Shown here: positions 37,591 to 51,507 of the stretch, one piece after another
Layout of the letters: the number at the start of each line of letters is the position of its first letter
How positions within the stretch are numbered: position 1 is the first letter of the stretch
NCBI GenBank assembly: GCA_964016885.1
Contig: OZ024759.1
Span: 9,982,001-10,046,000, forward strand
Direction of reading: 5' to 3'
Length of the DNA stretch: 64,000 nt
Source: Eledone cirrhosa
Lineage: Eukaryota
Made by a program: the position numbers and the translations under genes
The notes under the pieces: model-generated
Told to the model about the DNA's origin: nothing
Seen by the model: only the letters and a program-made list of their open reading frames with translations
Databases searched by the model: none

Positions 37591-38311
37591 AGAAATAAGT
37601 CTTCCAAGAACACACGCCCTTCATACAAGTGTTTCACGGAGTTTCTTACACATATATTAATGCTTTAGCATTTAAACTGGCCATATCCTGCCAGAATTCT
37701 CTCACCTCATTCTGTTTAAACTGGCTGTAACTGGCTACTTATACTGATGTTAAGGTATTGTTCTCAAAATAAATAATATCAAAATCTCATAGATTCAATA
37801 TTATGAGATAATGACTCCTACACTATTCATTTTCCTGACATTTGTACATTATTCTATGTACTATACATGCACCTTTGACGAGTTGTAGTGCACCTGAGCA
37901 CTGTACACAATAATTTAAATTATTATATAGTGTTTACCGTGAAAATACAATAGTATATATAGAGTAATGTAAAGGCTAAACTCTTCACACAAAAATTTAC
38001 ATTAAAATCTACATATAACCCTTCCTCCACACATGACTCAACCATCTCATTCCATTTCTCTTCACACCATCCATCACAGACTATTTCTCTCACCCCAGTC
38101 ACTTCAATCCTTCCTCAACACATGACCCAACCATCTCATTCCATTTCTCTTCAAAATATTCATCCCTGGTTCTATTCCTCTCACCCAGTCACTTCCATCC
38201 TTCCTCATCACATGAGCCAACCATCTCATTCCATTTCTCTTCACACCATTTATCACTGCTTCTATTACCAGCATACCTTGCAATTCATTGTCTTCCTCTC
38301 CCTCAACAAGT

Positions 38312-38897
38312 CACCCCCCTCTCTCTCTCAGCAATAGATAATCCCCCTATCTCTCTCTCAGCAATAGATAATCCCCCCTCTCTCTCTCTCAGCAATAGAT
38401 AATCCCCCCTCTCTCTCTCTCAGCAATAGATAATCCCCCCTCTCTCTCTCTCAGCAATAGATAATCCCCCCTCTCTCTCTCTCAGCAATAGATAATCCCC
38501 CCTCTCTCTCTCTCAGCAATAGATAATCCCCCTCTCTCTCTCTCTCAGCAATAGATAATCCCCCCTCTCTCTCTCTCAGCAATAGATAATCCCCCCCCCC
38601 TCTCTCTCAGCAATAGATAATCCCCCCTCTCTCTCTCAGCAACAGACACTCCCCCTCTCTCTCTCAGCAACAAACACCCTCCCCCCTCTCTCTCAGCAAC
38701 AAACACTCCCCCCTCTCTCTCTCAGCAACAAACACTCCCCCCTCTCTCTCTCAGCAACAGACCCCCCCTCTCTCTCTCAGCAACAGACCCCCCCCTCTCT
38801 CAGCAACAGACACTCCCCCTCTCTCAGCAACAGACACTCCCCCTCTCTCAGCAACAGACACTCCTCCCCTCTCAGCAACAGACCCCCCCCCCCTCTC
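38312..38897. repeat. About 30-bp C/T-rich minisatellite
   Basis: CTCTCTCAGCAATAGATAATCCCCC units that drift to CAGCAACAGAC. Confidence 0.93.
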
Positions 38898-38950
38898 ATC
38901 CACTAAAACATTATATTCAAAGTAGAAGAGTTAAGAATGTCATTAATTAC

Positions 38951-39037
38951 CACAAACATGTTGAGGAAGTCCTTTGATGTGGGAGATGTCAGGGCCTTTG
39001 CTGAAATACTGTTGGGGTAACCATAACATTCAAGGAA
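38951..39037 (-). CDS. NDC80: NDC80 coding exon 3 (FLECYGYPNSISAKALTSPTSKDFLNMFV)
   Basis: tttcag/gtaatt boundaries, 87 nt, CH-domain L..P..KDF motif. Confidence 0.95.
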
Positions 39038-39364
39038 CTGAAAATAAAATAAATACAAAGTACAGCTTCTCAACCTTTTATCTGAAATTCCAAAAAAAAA
39101 CAAACATTTTTTCCAAGATGTCGTCTCCACGCCAAAGCTCACGTTTGGCAACCAAACTTGACCCGAAACGACCCAGTCAACCCAAGTCACACAGTTGTGT
39201 CTCAGTGCTCCTACTAGTCAGATGCACGTCGCCTCTGCTGCTCATGGGATCAATGCGCAAACTCACGACCTTGCGACCACAAGCCGAGCACTCTACCACT
39301 GAGCCACCCTGTCCTATTTCAAATTTACAATAAAAACCTTCCCTGTCTACCAGGAATCACAATC

Positions 39365-39625
39365 TTGGTACATAGATACACCCACCATCCAGGTCTTACA
39401 TGAACGTCCCCCTTCCATATCTAGCAGGGGCCACAATCTTAGTACAATGACGTACCCACCCACCACTAAGGTTCACATGTCCAAACCAAAGCAGCCTATA
39501 TGATCTTAAAAGAAGGTCGAGTGCTGGTATCTTTAATTTTTGGTAGAGATACGCCATGTGAACTTTGAGATTTTGACCCCACAAATCCAGTGAATCATCG
39601 CAGTTTCATTTCTCTCCAGTTGCAA
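39365..39625 (-). mobile_element. Old RTE-like ORF fragment
   Basis: LERNE.AMIHWICGV and RLLWFGHV....G in two frames. Confidence 0.65.
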
Positions 39626-39693
39626 TTGCTGTCTTTCTATTTCCTGATTATCAAAGGGATTCAACAGGAAGGTACAACATACATCATACATAC

Positions 39694-40420
39694 CAGCCGT
39701 GGGCAACCTGAGGCCCGCGAAGCTTTCTGAATGGCTCACCTAAGTCAGCGAAGTGAAATCTTTCTGATTTTTTTACCCCAACTTTTCAGTCGTAATTTAT
39801 CTTTCTATCATTTTTACAATCGAGGAAAACAACATGTAGGAATTCTGAAGAAACAAATCAAAACAACCTGAGTTACTTCCCTTTTTTTTTAAATGTGGGC
39901 ACGAATGTAAATTAGCGCTGGCGGCCCACCTGATGGTGAGCCATAGTGCTTGCGGCCCACCTGATGATGGGCCATACCTCATGTGGCCCACCTGATGATG
40001 GGCCATACCTCATGTGGCCCACCTGATGATGGGCCATACCTCATGTGGCCCACCTGATGATGAGCCATATCTCATGTGGCCCACCTGATGATGGGCCATA
40101 CCTCATGTGGCCCACCTGATGATGAGCCATACCTCATGTGGCCCACCTGATGATGAGCCATACCTCATGTGGCCCACCTGATGGTGAGCCATAGTGCTTG
40201 CGGCCCACCTGATGATGGGCCATACCTCATGTGACCCACCTGATGATGAGCCATACCTCATGTGGCCCACCTGATGATGAGCCATACCTCATGTGGCCCA
40301 CCTGATGATGGGCCATACCTCATGTGACCCACCTGATGATGAGCCATACCTCATGTGGCCCACCTGATGATGAACCATAGCGCTTGCAGCCCTCTTCTAG
40401 AAAAAGGTTACCAATGCCTG
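39694..40420. mobile_element. hAT-like MITE containing a 31-bp hairpin satellite (about 39920-40385)
   Basis: Imperfect TIR CAGCCGTGGGCAACCT / AGGTTACCAATGCCTG, TSD 6/8 match. Unit TGGCCCACCTGATGATGGGCCATACCTCATG. Confidence 0.7.
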
Positions 40421-40470
40421 ATATACACACTAATGTATATACACACACACACATATAATGAAATACTTAC

Positions 40471-40576
40471 ATCGAGGAGGGCCTTTATACATCGTTGCTG
40501 GTAGGCCCTTGAATTTAAGGGCCTAGGGTCTCGTAGCTCTGTCCTGCCACGATCTCGATCAAGTCCATGTGATAAT
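40471..40576 (-). CDS. NDC80: NDC80 coding exon 2 (LSHGLDRDRGRTELRDPRPLNSRAYQQRCIKALLD)
   Basis: cag/gtaagt boundaries, 106 nt, DPRPL motif. Confidence 0.95.
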
Positions 40577-40829
40577 CTGGAAAGAAGTTAGTATTTTGTT
40601 TCAAAGCTACTACAATATATATTGGATGGTAAATGGTAGTAATATCATACAATACATCAAGCAAACTACCACACCATCTAATCTAGATGGAAATTATTTT
40701 TGTTTTAACCCTTTAGTACTTAAACTGGTCATATCCGACCAGAATTCTCTCACCTCTTTCTGTTCAAACTGGCCACTGATACTGATGTTAAGGTATTGTT
40801 CTCAAAATAAATAATATCACCATCTCATA

Positions 40830-42765
40830 GATTCAATATTATGTGAGGTAAAGCCTTTACCATGAAAATACAATAGTATATATAGAGTAATGTAAATGTT
40901 ATGTGAGATATTATGTGAGGTAAAGCCTTTACTGTGAAAATACAATAGTATATATAGAGTAATGTAAATGGTATGTGAGATATTATGTGAGGTAAAGCCT
41001 TTACTGTGAAAATACAATAGTATATATAGAGTAATGTAAATGTTATGTGAGATATTATGTGAGGTAAAGCCTTTACTGTGAAAATACAATAGTATATATA
41101 GAGTAATGTAAATGTTATGGGAGATATTATGCAAGGTAAAGCCTTTACTGTGAAAATACAATAGTATATATAGAGTAATGTAAATGTTATGTGAGATATT
41201 ATGTGAGGTAAAGCCTTTACTGTGACAATACAATAGTATATATAGAGTAATGTAAATGTTATGTGAGATATTATGTGAGGTAAAACCTTTACTGTGACAA
41301 TACAATAGTATATATAGAGTAATGTAAATGTTATGTGAGATATTATGTGAGGTAAAGACTTTACTGTGACAATACAATAGTATATATAGAGTAATGTAAA
41401 TGTTATGTGAGGTAAAGTCTTTACTGTGACAATACAATAGTATATATAGAGTAATGTAAATGTTATGTGAGATATTCTGTGAGGTAAAGCCTTTACTGTG
41501 ACAATACAATAGTATATATAGAGTAATGTAAATGTTATGTGAGATATTATGTGAGGTAAAACCTTTACTGTGACAATACAATAGTATATATAGAGTAATG
41601 TAAATGTTATGTGAGGTAAATCCTTTACTGTGACAATACAATAGTATATATAGAGTAATGTAAATGTTATGTGAGATATTCTGTGAGGTAAAGCCTTTAC
41701 TGTGACAATACAATAGTATATATAGAGTAATGTAAATGTTATGTGAGATATTATGTGAGGTAAAACCTTTACTGTGACAATACAATAGTATATATAGAGT
41801 AATGTAAATGTTATGTGAGGTAAATCCTTTACTGTGACAATACAATAGTATATATAGAGTAATGTAAATGTTATGTGAGATATTCTGTGAGGTAAAGCCT
41901 TTACTGTGACAATACAATAGTATATATAGAGTAATGTAAATGTTATGTGAGATATTATGTGAGGTAAAACCTTTACTGTGACAATACAATAGTATATATA
42001 GAGTAATGTAAATGTTATGTGAGGTAAATCCTTTACTGTGACAATACAATAGTATATATAGAGTAATGTAAATGTTATGTGAGATATTATGAGAGGTAAA
42101 GCCTTTACTGTGACAATACAATAGTATATATAGAGTAATGTAAATGTTATGTGAGGTAAATCCTTTACTGTGACAATACAATAGTATATATAGAGTAATG
42201 TAAATGTTATGTGAGATATTATGAGAGGTAAAGCCTTTACTGTGACAATACAATAGTATATATAGAGTAATGTAAATGTTATGTGAGATATTATGTGAGG
42301 TAAAGCCTTTACTGTGACAATACAATACTATATATAGAGTAATGTAAATGTTATGTGAGATATTATGTGAGGTAAAGCCTTTACTGTGACAATACAATAG
42401 TATATTTAGAGTAATGTAAATGTTATGTGAGATATTATGTGAGGTAAAGCCTTTACTGTGAAAATACAATAGTATATATAGAGTAATGTAAATGTTATGT
42501 GAGATATTATGTGAGGTAAAGCCTTTACTGTGAAAATACAATAGTATATATAGAGTAATGTAAATGTTATGTGAGATATTATGTGAGGTAAAGCCTTTAC
42601 TGTGAAAATACAATAGTATATATAGAGTAATGTAAATGTTATGTGAGATATTATGTGAGGTAAAGCCTTTACTGTGAAAATACAATAGTATATATAGAGT
42701 AATGTAAATGTTATGTGAGATATTATGTGAGGTAAAGCCTTTACTGTGAAAATACAACATTTTCA
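40830..42765. repeat. 72-bp satellite (with 60-bp variants), same unit as 17330-18880
   Basis: Direct reading. Confidence 0.96.
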
Positions 42766-43224
42766 TGGTAAAGTCTTTACCTCACATAATATCAAATCTA
42801 TGATATTTTGTTATTTATTTTGTGAATAATACCTTAACATCAGTATGAGTAGCTGGTTACAACCAGTTTGAACAGAAAGAGGTGAAAGAATTCTGGCTAG
42901 ATATGGCCGGTTTAAATGCTAAAGGGTTAAACAAAACCCTTTACAATGGGTGGTTTTGTTTCATAGAACCAGAACCAATTTAGTCCACTCTGTTAAATAG
43001 TAGTGCTGGTGCTATAATAAAAAGCACCAAGCTGACTCTGTGGTAGTGGTGATGCCACAATAAAACACCCTGTATACACTGTGAAGTGGTTGGCATGAGA
43101 AAGGGTATCCAGCAAATAGAAACCAAGTCAGAATGGAATGTATGAGTCAGAACATTTCACCCCATTTAACCCATGGAAAATAGACATTGAATGATGATGA
43201 TGATGATGAAAACATTTGGCTCAC

Positions 43225-43418
43225 CTTGAAGATGAAAACTTACTCAAGGACGTACCCCCCAGTAAAGAAAATCGGTTGCTGGTATTAGAGTAGGCTCCCG
43301 AAGACAACCGATCCACTGATGGTAACCTTGAAGTAGGTGCTTTACCTACAGAAGAACCCTTAGAAACCCGACCAGGAGCAACAGATTTACGACCATGGGA
43401 GCTACTTGAAGCCCACAT
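43225..43418 (-). CDS. NDC80: NDC80 coding exon 1 (N-terminal tail MWASSSSHGRKSV...SKFSSS)
   Basis: Acceptor cag before 43454, in-frame TGA upstream of ATG 43418, donor AG|gtgagc, phase 2, 194 nt. Confidence 0.88.
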
Positions 43419-43616
43419 AATTGGTTTTCGTTTGAAATTCTTTCTTCGTCAAATCTGAAAAGAAATTTACAAGAATCATTGTAAAAATATGACAAATTTA
43501 CTTTACAAAGGGTTTTGATATGAAATCATGTGTTAAAACGAATATTATTATATTTGGGGACGGTCATGTTGTTATAATATTGCCAGAAATATATAAATAA
43601 ACACACTTGTGTAGAT

Positions 43617-44180
43617 TAGAAAGAAACAAAGCTTGCATCGGAATGGATGTGTAATAGTAATATAAGTGAACAGCAAAGCATAAACGAATTGAGAGAGAGA
43701 CTAAGCATAAGAGGAATCAAATGCTGTGTGCAGGAGAGGAGATTATATTGGTATGGACATGTGATGCGTATGAAGGATGACAGCTGCATAAAAAAGTGCA
43801 GAGCACTAGAAATCGATGGAAGCCGTGGAATGTGGAGACCCAAGAAAACCTGCAATAAGATGACAAAAGCTGATCTTGCCCAATTACGCAGTAATACAGA
43901 AGACCCGACTACTCACAGGAACAAGCCGAAGCTGAAGCATATAGACAGTATGCTCCTGCCCCCTCCCACTGTAAAGAGGTCGTGTAGGTGTCATGACAAA
44001 GAATCACCTAGCCCAGAATGTAAAGTAGTCGTGGAGGTGCCACAGCAAAAAAGCACCCACCACTCACTGTAAATGAGGTTGGCGTTAGGAAGGGCATCCA
44101 GCTGTAGAAGTCAAGCCAGAATCAGTTCCATATAAGCAAGACATGGTCACCTGACCTGGCATTGCCTTAAACAGGACAAC
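43617..44180 (+). mobile_element. RTE LINE 3' fragment
   Basis: ERRLYWYGHVMRM.....IKKC......G....RPKKT followed by the family 3' UTR. Confidence 0.88.
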
Positions 44181-44609
44181 TCGTTTAACCCATGCTACAG
44201 TTTCTGTTCTAGGTTTATTTCCAATAAAATGAATATTTTGATTAACTAACATTTATTAACAACACTTATCTGAATGCTTGATAAATGTCACATCAATAAA
44301 CTAATAACTCCATCTAGCTTTGAAGTTATGAACTGTTGGAAAGGAGTTCAAACATGTTAGGATGAGTTATCTCGCCTGAAGAGGTTAACAAGGGGAGAGA
44401 AATCTCAGACCCAGGAAGACATGGGATGAGGTAGTGAAAACTGACCTGAAGAAGCTACACCTCACAACGAAGATGACAAAAGACTGCAACAAGTGGTGGC
44501 ATGCTGTGTTGAAGAAGACACACCTACCAACATACAATCAAATCTGACTTGACCCATCCACTTGAACTCCTTACAGCTAACCTCACCATCACTGTACACC
44601 ACCACTCCA

Positions 44610-47580
44610 TCATCATCATTTAACATCCATTTTCCACGTTAGCATGGGTTAGACGGGTTGTCCCATTTGAGGCAGGTTCGGTCAGGTGACCGTATCCTGC
44701 TCATATAGAATTGTTTCTGGCTAGATTTCTATGGATGGATGTCCTTCCTGATGCCAACCACTTTACAGTGTGGGCTGGGTGCTTTTTGTCGTGATACCTA
44801 CACTACCACTTTACAGTGTGGACTAGGTGCTTTTTGTTGTGACACCTACACTACCACTTTACAGTGTGGACTGGGGGCTTTTTGTCGTGACACCTACACT
44901 ACCACTTTACAGTGTGGGCTGGGTGCTTTTTGTCGTGATACCTACACTACCACGTTACAGTGTGGACTGGGGGCTTTTTGTCGTGATACCTACACTACCA
45001 CCTTACAGTGTGGACTGGATGCTTTTTGTCGTGACACCTACACTACCACCTTACAGTGTGGACTGGGTGCTTTTTGTCGTGACACCTACACTACCACCTT
45101 ACAGTGTGGACTGGGTGCTTTTTGTCGTGACACCTACACTACCACTTTACAGTGTGGACTGGGTGCTTTTTGTCGTGATACCTACACTACCACTTTACAG
45201 TGTGCGCTGGGTGCTTTTTGTCGTAATACCTACACTACCACTTTACAGTGTGGACTGGGTGCTTTTTGTCGTGATACCTACACTACCACTTTACAGTGTG
45301 CGCTGGGTGCTTTTTGTCGTAATACCTACACTACCACCTTACAGTGTGGACTGGGTGCTTTTTGTCGTGACACCTACACTACCACTTTACAGTGTGGACT
45401 GGATGCTTTTTGTCGTGACACCTACACTACCACCTTACAGTGTGGACTGGGTGCTTTTTGTCGTGACACCTACACTACCACTTTACAGTGTGGACTGGGT
45501 ACTTTTTGTTGAGACACCTACACTACCACTTTACAGTGTGCGCTGGATGCTTTTTGTCATGACACCTACACTACCACTTTACAGTGTGGACTGGGGGCTT
45601 TTTGTCGTGACACCTACACGACCACTTTACAGTGTGGACTGGATGCTTTTTGTCGTGACACCTACATGACCACTTTACAGTGTGGACGGGGTGTTTTTTG
45701 TTGTGATACCTACACTACCACTTTACAGTGTGGACTGGGTGCTTTTTGTCGTGACACCTACACGACCACTTTACAGTGTGGACTGGATGCTTTTTGTTGT
45801 GATACCTACACTACCACTTTACAGTGTGCGCTGGATGCTTTTTGTCATGACACCTACACGACCACTTTACAGTGTGGACTGGATGCTTTTTGTCGTGACA
45901 CCCACACAACCACTTTACAGTGTGGACTGGATGCTTTTTGTTGTGACACCTACACGACCACTTTACAGTGTGGGCTCGGTGCTTTTTGTTGTAATACCTA
46001 CACTACCACTTTACAGTGTGCGCTGGGTGCTTTTTGTTTAGATACCTACACGACCACTTTACAGTGTGGGCTGGATGCTTTTTGTTGAGACACCTACATG
46101 ACCACTTTACAGTGTGGGCTGGATGCTTTTTGTTGAGACACCTACATGACCACTTTACAGTGTGCGCTGGGTGCTTTTTGTTGAGACACCTACATGACCA
46201 CTTTACAGTGTGCGCTGGGTGCTTTTTGTTGAGACACCTACATGACCACTTTACAGTGTGGGCTGGATGCTTTTTGTTGAGACACCTACATGACCACTTT
46301 ACAGTGTGCGCTGGGTGCTTTTTGTTGAGACACCTACATGACCACTTTACAGTGTGCGCTGGGTGCTTTTTGTCGTGACACCTACATGACCACTTTACAG
46401 TGTGGGCTGGATGCTTTTTGTCGTGACACCTACACTACCACTTTACAGTGTGGGCTGGGTGCTTTTTGTTGTAATACCTACACTACCACTTTACAGTGTG
46501 GGCTGGGTGCTTTTTGTTGAGACACCTACATGACCACTTTACAGTGTGGGCTGGGTGCTTTTTGTTGAGACACCTACATGACCACTTTACAGTGTGGGCT
46601 GGGTGCTTTTTGTTGAGACACCTACATGACCACTTTACAGTGTGGGCTGGGTGCTTTTTGTTGAGACACCTACATGACCACTTTACAGTGTGGGCTGGGT
46701 GCTTTTTGTCGTGATACCTACACTACCACTTTACAGTGTGGGCTGGGTGCTTTTTTATCATGACACCTACATGACCACTTTACAGTGTGGGCTGGGTGCT
46801 TTTTGTTGAGACACCTACATGACCACTTTACAGTGTGGACTGGGTGCTTTTTGTCGAGACATCTAGACTACCACCTTACAGCGTGGACTGGGTGCTTTTT
46901 GTCGTGACACCTACACTACCACTTTACAGTGTGGACTGAGTGCTTTTTGTTGTGACACCTACACTACCACCTTACAGTGTGGACTGGGTGCTTTTTGTTG
47001 TGACACCTACACTACCACGTTACAGTGTGGACTGGGTGCTTTTTGTTGTGACACCTACACTACCACGTTAGTGTGGACTGGGTGCTTTTTGTCGTGACAC
47101 CTACACTACCACGTTACAGTGTGGACTGGGTGCTTTTTGTCGTGACACCTACACTACCACGTTACAGTGTGGACTGGGTGCTTTTTGTTGTGACACCTAC
47201 ACTACCACGTTACAGTGTGGACTGGGTGCTTTTTGTCGTGACACCTACACTACCACGTTACAGTGTGGACTGGGTGCTTTTTGTCGTGACACCTATGCTA
47301 CCACATTACAGTGTGAACTGGGTGCTTTTTTGTGATACCAACATAACTTTACAGTGTAAAGGTGGTATGGGCAGAAGTGGGAGGGTGGGTGTAGGGGTAT
47401 GTGGAAGAGGGCATAGTGGTTAAGAGATGCCTGCTAGACGTGTGTTTGAGTCTGTGCGCAAGGGAAGGCGGGTAATTTGTATTACTGCATAACGCCAAAG
47501 ATCTCGATACTGTGTCACTGACTTTGAGAGGTGCAATTGTGGAAGGTGAGCTTTTATCACCTCGTTCCAGGTTTTCCTAC
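44610..47580 (-). mobile_element. RTE-related element with a 42-bp internal unit expanded to about 60 copies (44755-47350)
   Basis: (CAT)n tail at 44610. Body resumes after the array and ends with RTE ORF-end sequence at about 47500-47580. Confidence 0.9.
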
Positions 47581-50500
47581 TCCATCCTTAATAGCTAACC
47601 CCACCATCACTCTACACCACCATCCCACCCTTAATAGCTAACCTCACCATTACTGTACACCACCACCCCACCATCACTGTACACCACCACCCCACCCTTA
47701 ATAGCTAACCTCTCCATCACTGTACACCACCATCCCACCCTTAATAGCTAACCCCACCATCACTGTACACCACCACCCCACCCTTAATAGCTAACCTCAC
47801 CTTCACTCTACACCACCACCCCACCCTTAATAGCTAACCTCACCATCACTGTACACCACCACCCCACACTTAATAGCTAACCTCACCATCACTGTACACC
47901 ACCACCCCACCCTTAATAGCTAACCTCACCATCACTGTACACCACCATCCCACCCTTAATAGCTAACCCCACCATCACTGTACACCACCACCCCACCCTT
48001 AATAGCTAACCCACCATCACTACACCACCATCCCGTCCTTAATAGCTAACCCCACCATCACTACACCACCACCCCACCCTTAATAGCTAACCTCACCATC
48101 ACTGTACACCACCATCCCACCCTTAATAGCTAACCCCACCATCACTGTACACCACCACCCCACCCTTAATAGCTAACCCACCATCACTACACCACCATCC
48201 CGTCCTTAATAGCTAACCCCACCATCACTGTACACCACCACCCCACCCTTAATAGCTAACCCACCATCACTACACCACCATCCCGTCCTTAATAGCTAAC
48301 CCCACCATCACTCTACACCACCATCCCGTCCTTAATAGCTAACCCCACCATCACTCTACACCACCATCCCGTCCTTAATAGCTAACCCCACCATCACTCT
48401 ACACCACCATCCCGTCCTTAATAGCTAACCCCACCATCACTCTACACCACCATCCCGTCCTTAATAGCTAACCCCACCATCACTCTACACCACCATCCCG
48501 TCCTCAATAGCTAACCCCACCATCACTCTACACCACCATCCCGTCATTAATAGCTAACCCACCATCACTACACCACCATCCCGTCCTTAATAGCTAACCC
48601 ACCATCACTACACCACCATCCCGTCCTTAATAGCTAACCCCACCATCACTCTACACCACCATCCCGTCCTTAATAGCTAACCCCACCATCACTCTACACC
48701 ACCATCCCGTCATTAATAGCTAACCCACCATCACTACACCACCATCCCGTCCTTAATAGCTAACCCACCATCACTACACCACCATCCCGTCCTTAATAGC
48801 TAACCCCACCATCACTCTACACCACCACCCCACCCTTAATAGCTAACCCACCATCACTACACCACCATCCCGTCCTTAATAGCTAACCCCACCATCACTC
48901 TACACCACCATCCCGTCCTTAATAGCTAACCCCACCATCACTCTACACCACCATCCCGTCCTTAATAGCTAACCCCACCATCACTCTACACCACCATCCC
49001 GTCCTTAATAGCTAACCCCACCATCACTCTACACCACCATCCCGTCATTAATAGCTAACCCACCATCACTACACCACCATCCCGTCCTTAATAGCTAACC
49101 CACCATCACTACACCACCATCCCGTCCTTAATAGCTAACACCACCATCACTCTACACCACCATCCCGTCCTCAATAGCTAACACCACCATCCCGTCATTA
49201 ATAGCTAACCCCACCATCACTCTACACCACCATCCCGTCCTTAATAGCTAACCCCACCATCACTCTACACCACCATCCCGTCATTAATAGCTAACCCACC
49301 ATCACTACACCACCATCCCGTCCTTAATAGCTAACCCACCATCACTACACCACCATCCCGTCCTTAATAGCTAACCCCACCATCACTCTACACCACCATC
49401 CCGTCCTTAATAGCTAACCCACCATCACTACACCACCATCCCGTCCTTAATAGCTAACACCACCATCCCGTCCTTAATAGCTAACCCACCATCACTACAC
49501 CACCATCCCGTCCTCAATAGCTAACACCACCATCACTCTACACCACCATCCCGTCCTCAATAGCTAACACCACCATCCCGTCATTAATAGCTAACCCCAC
49601 CATCACTCTACACCACCATCCCGTCCTTAATAGCTAACCCCACCATCACTCTACACCACCACCCCACCCTTAATAGCTAACCCCACCATCACTCTACACC
49701 ACCATCCCGTCCTCAATAGCTAACCCCACCATCACTCTACACCACCATCCCGTCCTCAATAGCTAACCCCACCATCACTCTACACCACCATCCCGTCCTC
49801 AATAGCTAACCCCACCATCACTCTACACCACCATCCCGTCCTCAATAGCTAACCCCACCATCACTCTACACCACCATCCCGTCCTTAATAGCTAACCCCA
49901 CCATCACTCTACACCACCACCCCACCCTTAATAGCTAACCCCACCATCACTCTACACCACCATCCCGTCCTCAATAGCTAACCCCACCATCACTCTACAC
50001 CACCATCCCGTCCTCAATAGCTAACCCCACCATCACTCTACACCACCATCCCGTCCTTAATAGCTAACCCCACCATCACTCTACACCACCATCCCGTCCT
50101 TAATAGCTAACCCCACCATCACTACACCACCATCCCGTCCTTAATAGCTAACCCCACCATCACTCTACACCACCATCCCGTCCTCAATAGCTAACCCCAC
50201 CATCACTCTACACCACCATCCCGTCCTTAATAGCTAACCCCACCATCACTCTACACCACCATCCCGTCCTTAATAGCTAACCCCACCATCACTCTACACC
50301 ACCATCCCGTCCTCAATAGCTAACCCCACCATCACTCTACACCACCATCCCGTCCTCAATAGCTAACCCCACCATCACTCTACACCACCATCCCGTCCTT
50401 AATAGCTAACCCCACCATCACTCTACACCACCATCCCGTCCTCAATAGCTAACCCCACCATCACTCTACACCACCATCCCGTCCTTAATAGCTAACCCCA

Positions 50501-50845
50501 CCATCACTCTACACCACCATCCCGTCCTTAATAGCTAACACCACCATCCCGTCATTAATAGCTAACCCACCATCACTACACCACCATCCCGTCCTCAATA
50601 GCTAACCCCACCATCACTACACCACCATCCCGTCCTTAATAGCTAACCCACCATCACTACACCACCATCCCGTCATTAATAGCTAACCCACCATCACTAC
50701 ACCACCATCCCGTCCTTAATAGCTAACCCCACCATCACTACACCACCATCCCGTCCTCAATAGCTAACCCCACCATCCCGTCATTAATAGCTAACCCACC
50801 ATCACTACACCACCATCCCGTCCTTAATAGCTAACACCACCATCA
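47580..50845. repeat. 40-43-bp C/A-rich satellite (CCTTAATAGCTAACCCCACCATCACTCTACACCACCATCCCGT)
   Basis: About 3.2 kb by direct reading. One diverged unit also lies at about 44570-44610. Confidence 0.96.
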
Positions 50846-50931
50846 GAAACATTTCGCCGGTCATAGATTAGCAAAGTTTAATAAGTGGGGGTCGGTGTAA
50901 GATTATTCGAGACCCCCAGAGTATATACACC

Positions 50932-51395
50932 CAGGGCCGGATTTAGATTTGATGAGGCCCTAAGCCATTTGAGATAATGGAGCCCTTTATATGTTATAAA
51001 AACTGCAAAACGTTAAATATTAAAGCAGAAAACTGTTTAAAACCATTGTAAACTAAAGGTGGAAAACTGGGAGGGGGCACTTGCCTTGGTGGTCAGGGTC
51101 ATTGTGGCTTTTTACTGGGCTTTCTCCACAAATGTCCCTCCGAAGTCTCCCCCCTATTGGGGAATTTTTCATTGTTATTTTCATTGTTATTTTTGTTACA
51201 TCCTCTGTTTTTGTTTTTTTACACGCAGAAATGCCCATTTGTACCGTCCTGCATTGTCCTGCACTGTCCTTAATGTCTACTTTATGTAAACCCTTGTGGT
51301 TAATAAAGAAATCATTATTTTAGTTCTTTTTTATCTTATATTTTGGAAATGTAGTTTTTTTTTTAATTTTTTCGGGGCCCCAAGAAAGTGTGTGT

Positions 51396-51426
<31 letters not shown>

Positions 51427-51473
51427 GGGGGCTAAGCTATAGCTTGTTTAGCTTATACGTAAATTCTGCACTG
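50932..51473. mobile_element. hAT-like MITE
   Basis: TIR CAGGGCCGGATTTA / TAAATTCTGCACTG, perfect 8-bp TSD TATACACC. Confidence 0.88.
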
Positions 51474-51507
51474 TATACACCCAGTATAAAAACTGACATT
51501 ATTCTAT

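Larger units (their letters stand above)
3645..43418 (-). other. NDC80: NDC80/HEC1 kinetochore protein gene, coding span (15 coding exons, 614 aa)
   Basis: Manual splicing gives an unbroken 1845-nt frame with GT-AG introns and matching phases. Recognisable NDC80 motifs: basic Ser-rich tail, RDPRPLN..YQQ.CI, CH domain LGYPF..KSSM.T.G.PHTWP..L.ALVWL, loop YN.LARKLKLIP..AENA.G.DFE, long coiled coil. Confidence 0.95.

Noticed and set aside
39920-40385. CTGATGA in every 31-bp unit, suggesting hammerhead or C/D-box arrays; also CRISPR-like hairpin repeats
   Set aside because: No GAAA half-core, the motif lies in a hairpin loop, and there are no unique spacers or cas genes. Eukaryotic minisatellite.
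40817-42766. 649-aa ORF, and the 390/401-aa ORFs at 17682-18961
   Set aside because: Translations of a 72-bp satellite whose unit length is a multiple of 3. No domain, intronic.
44739-47423. Cys-rich repeat ORFs (TTTLQCGLGAFCRD)
   Set aside because: 42-bp tandem repeat inside an RTE-related element, with scattered stops.
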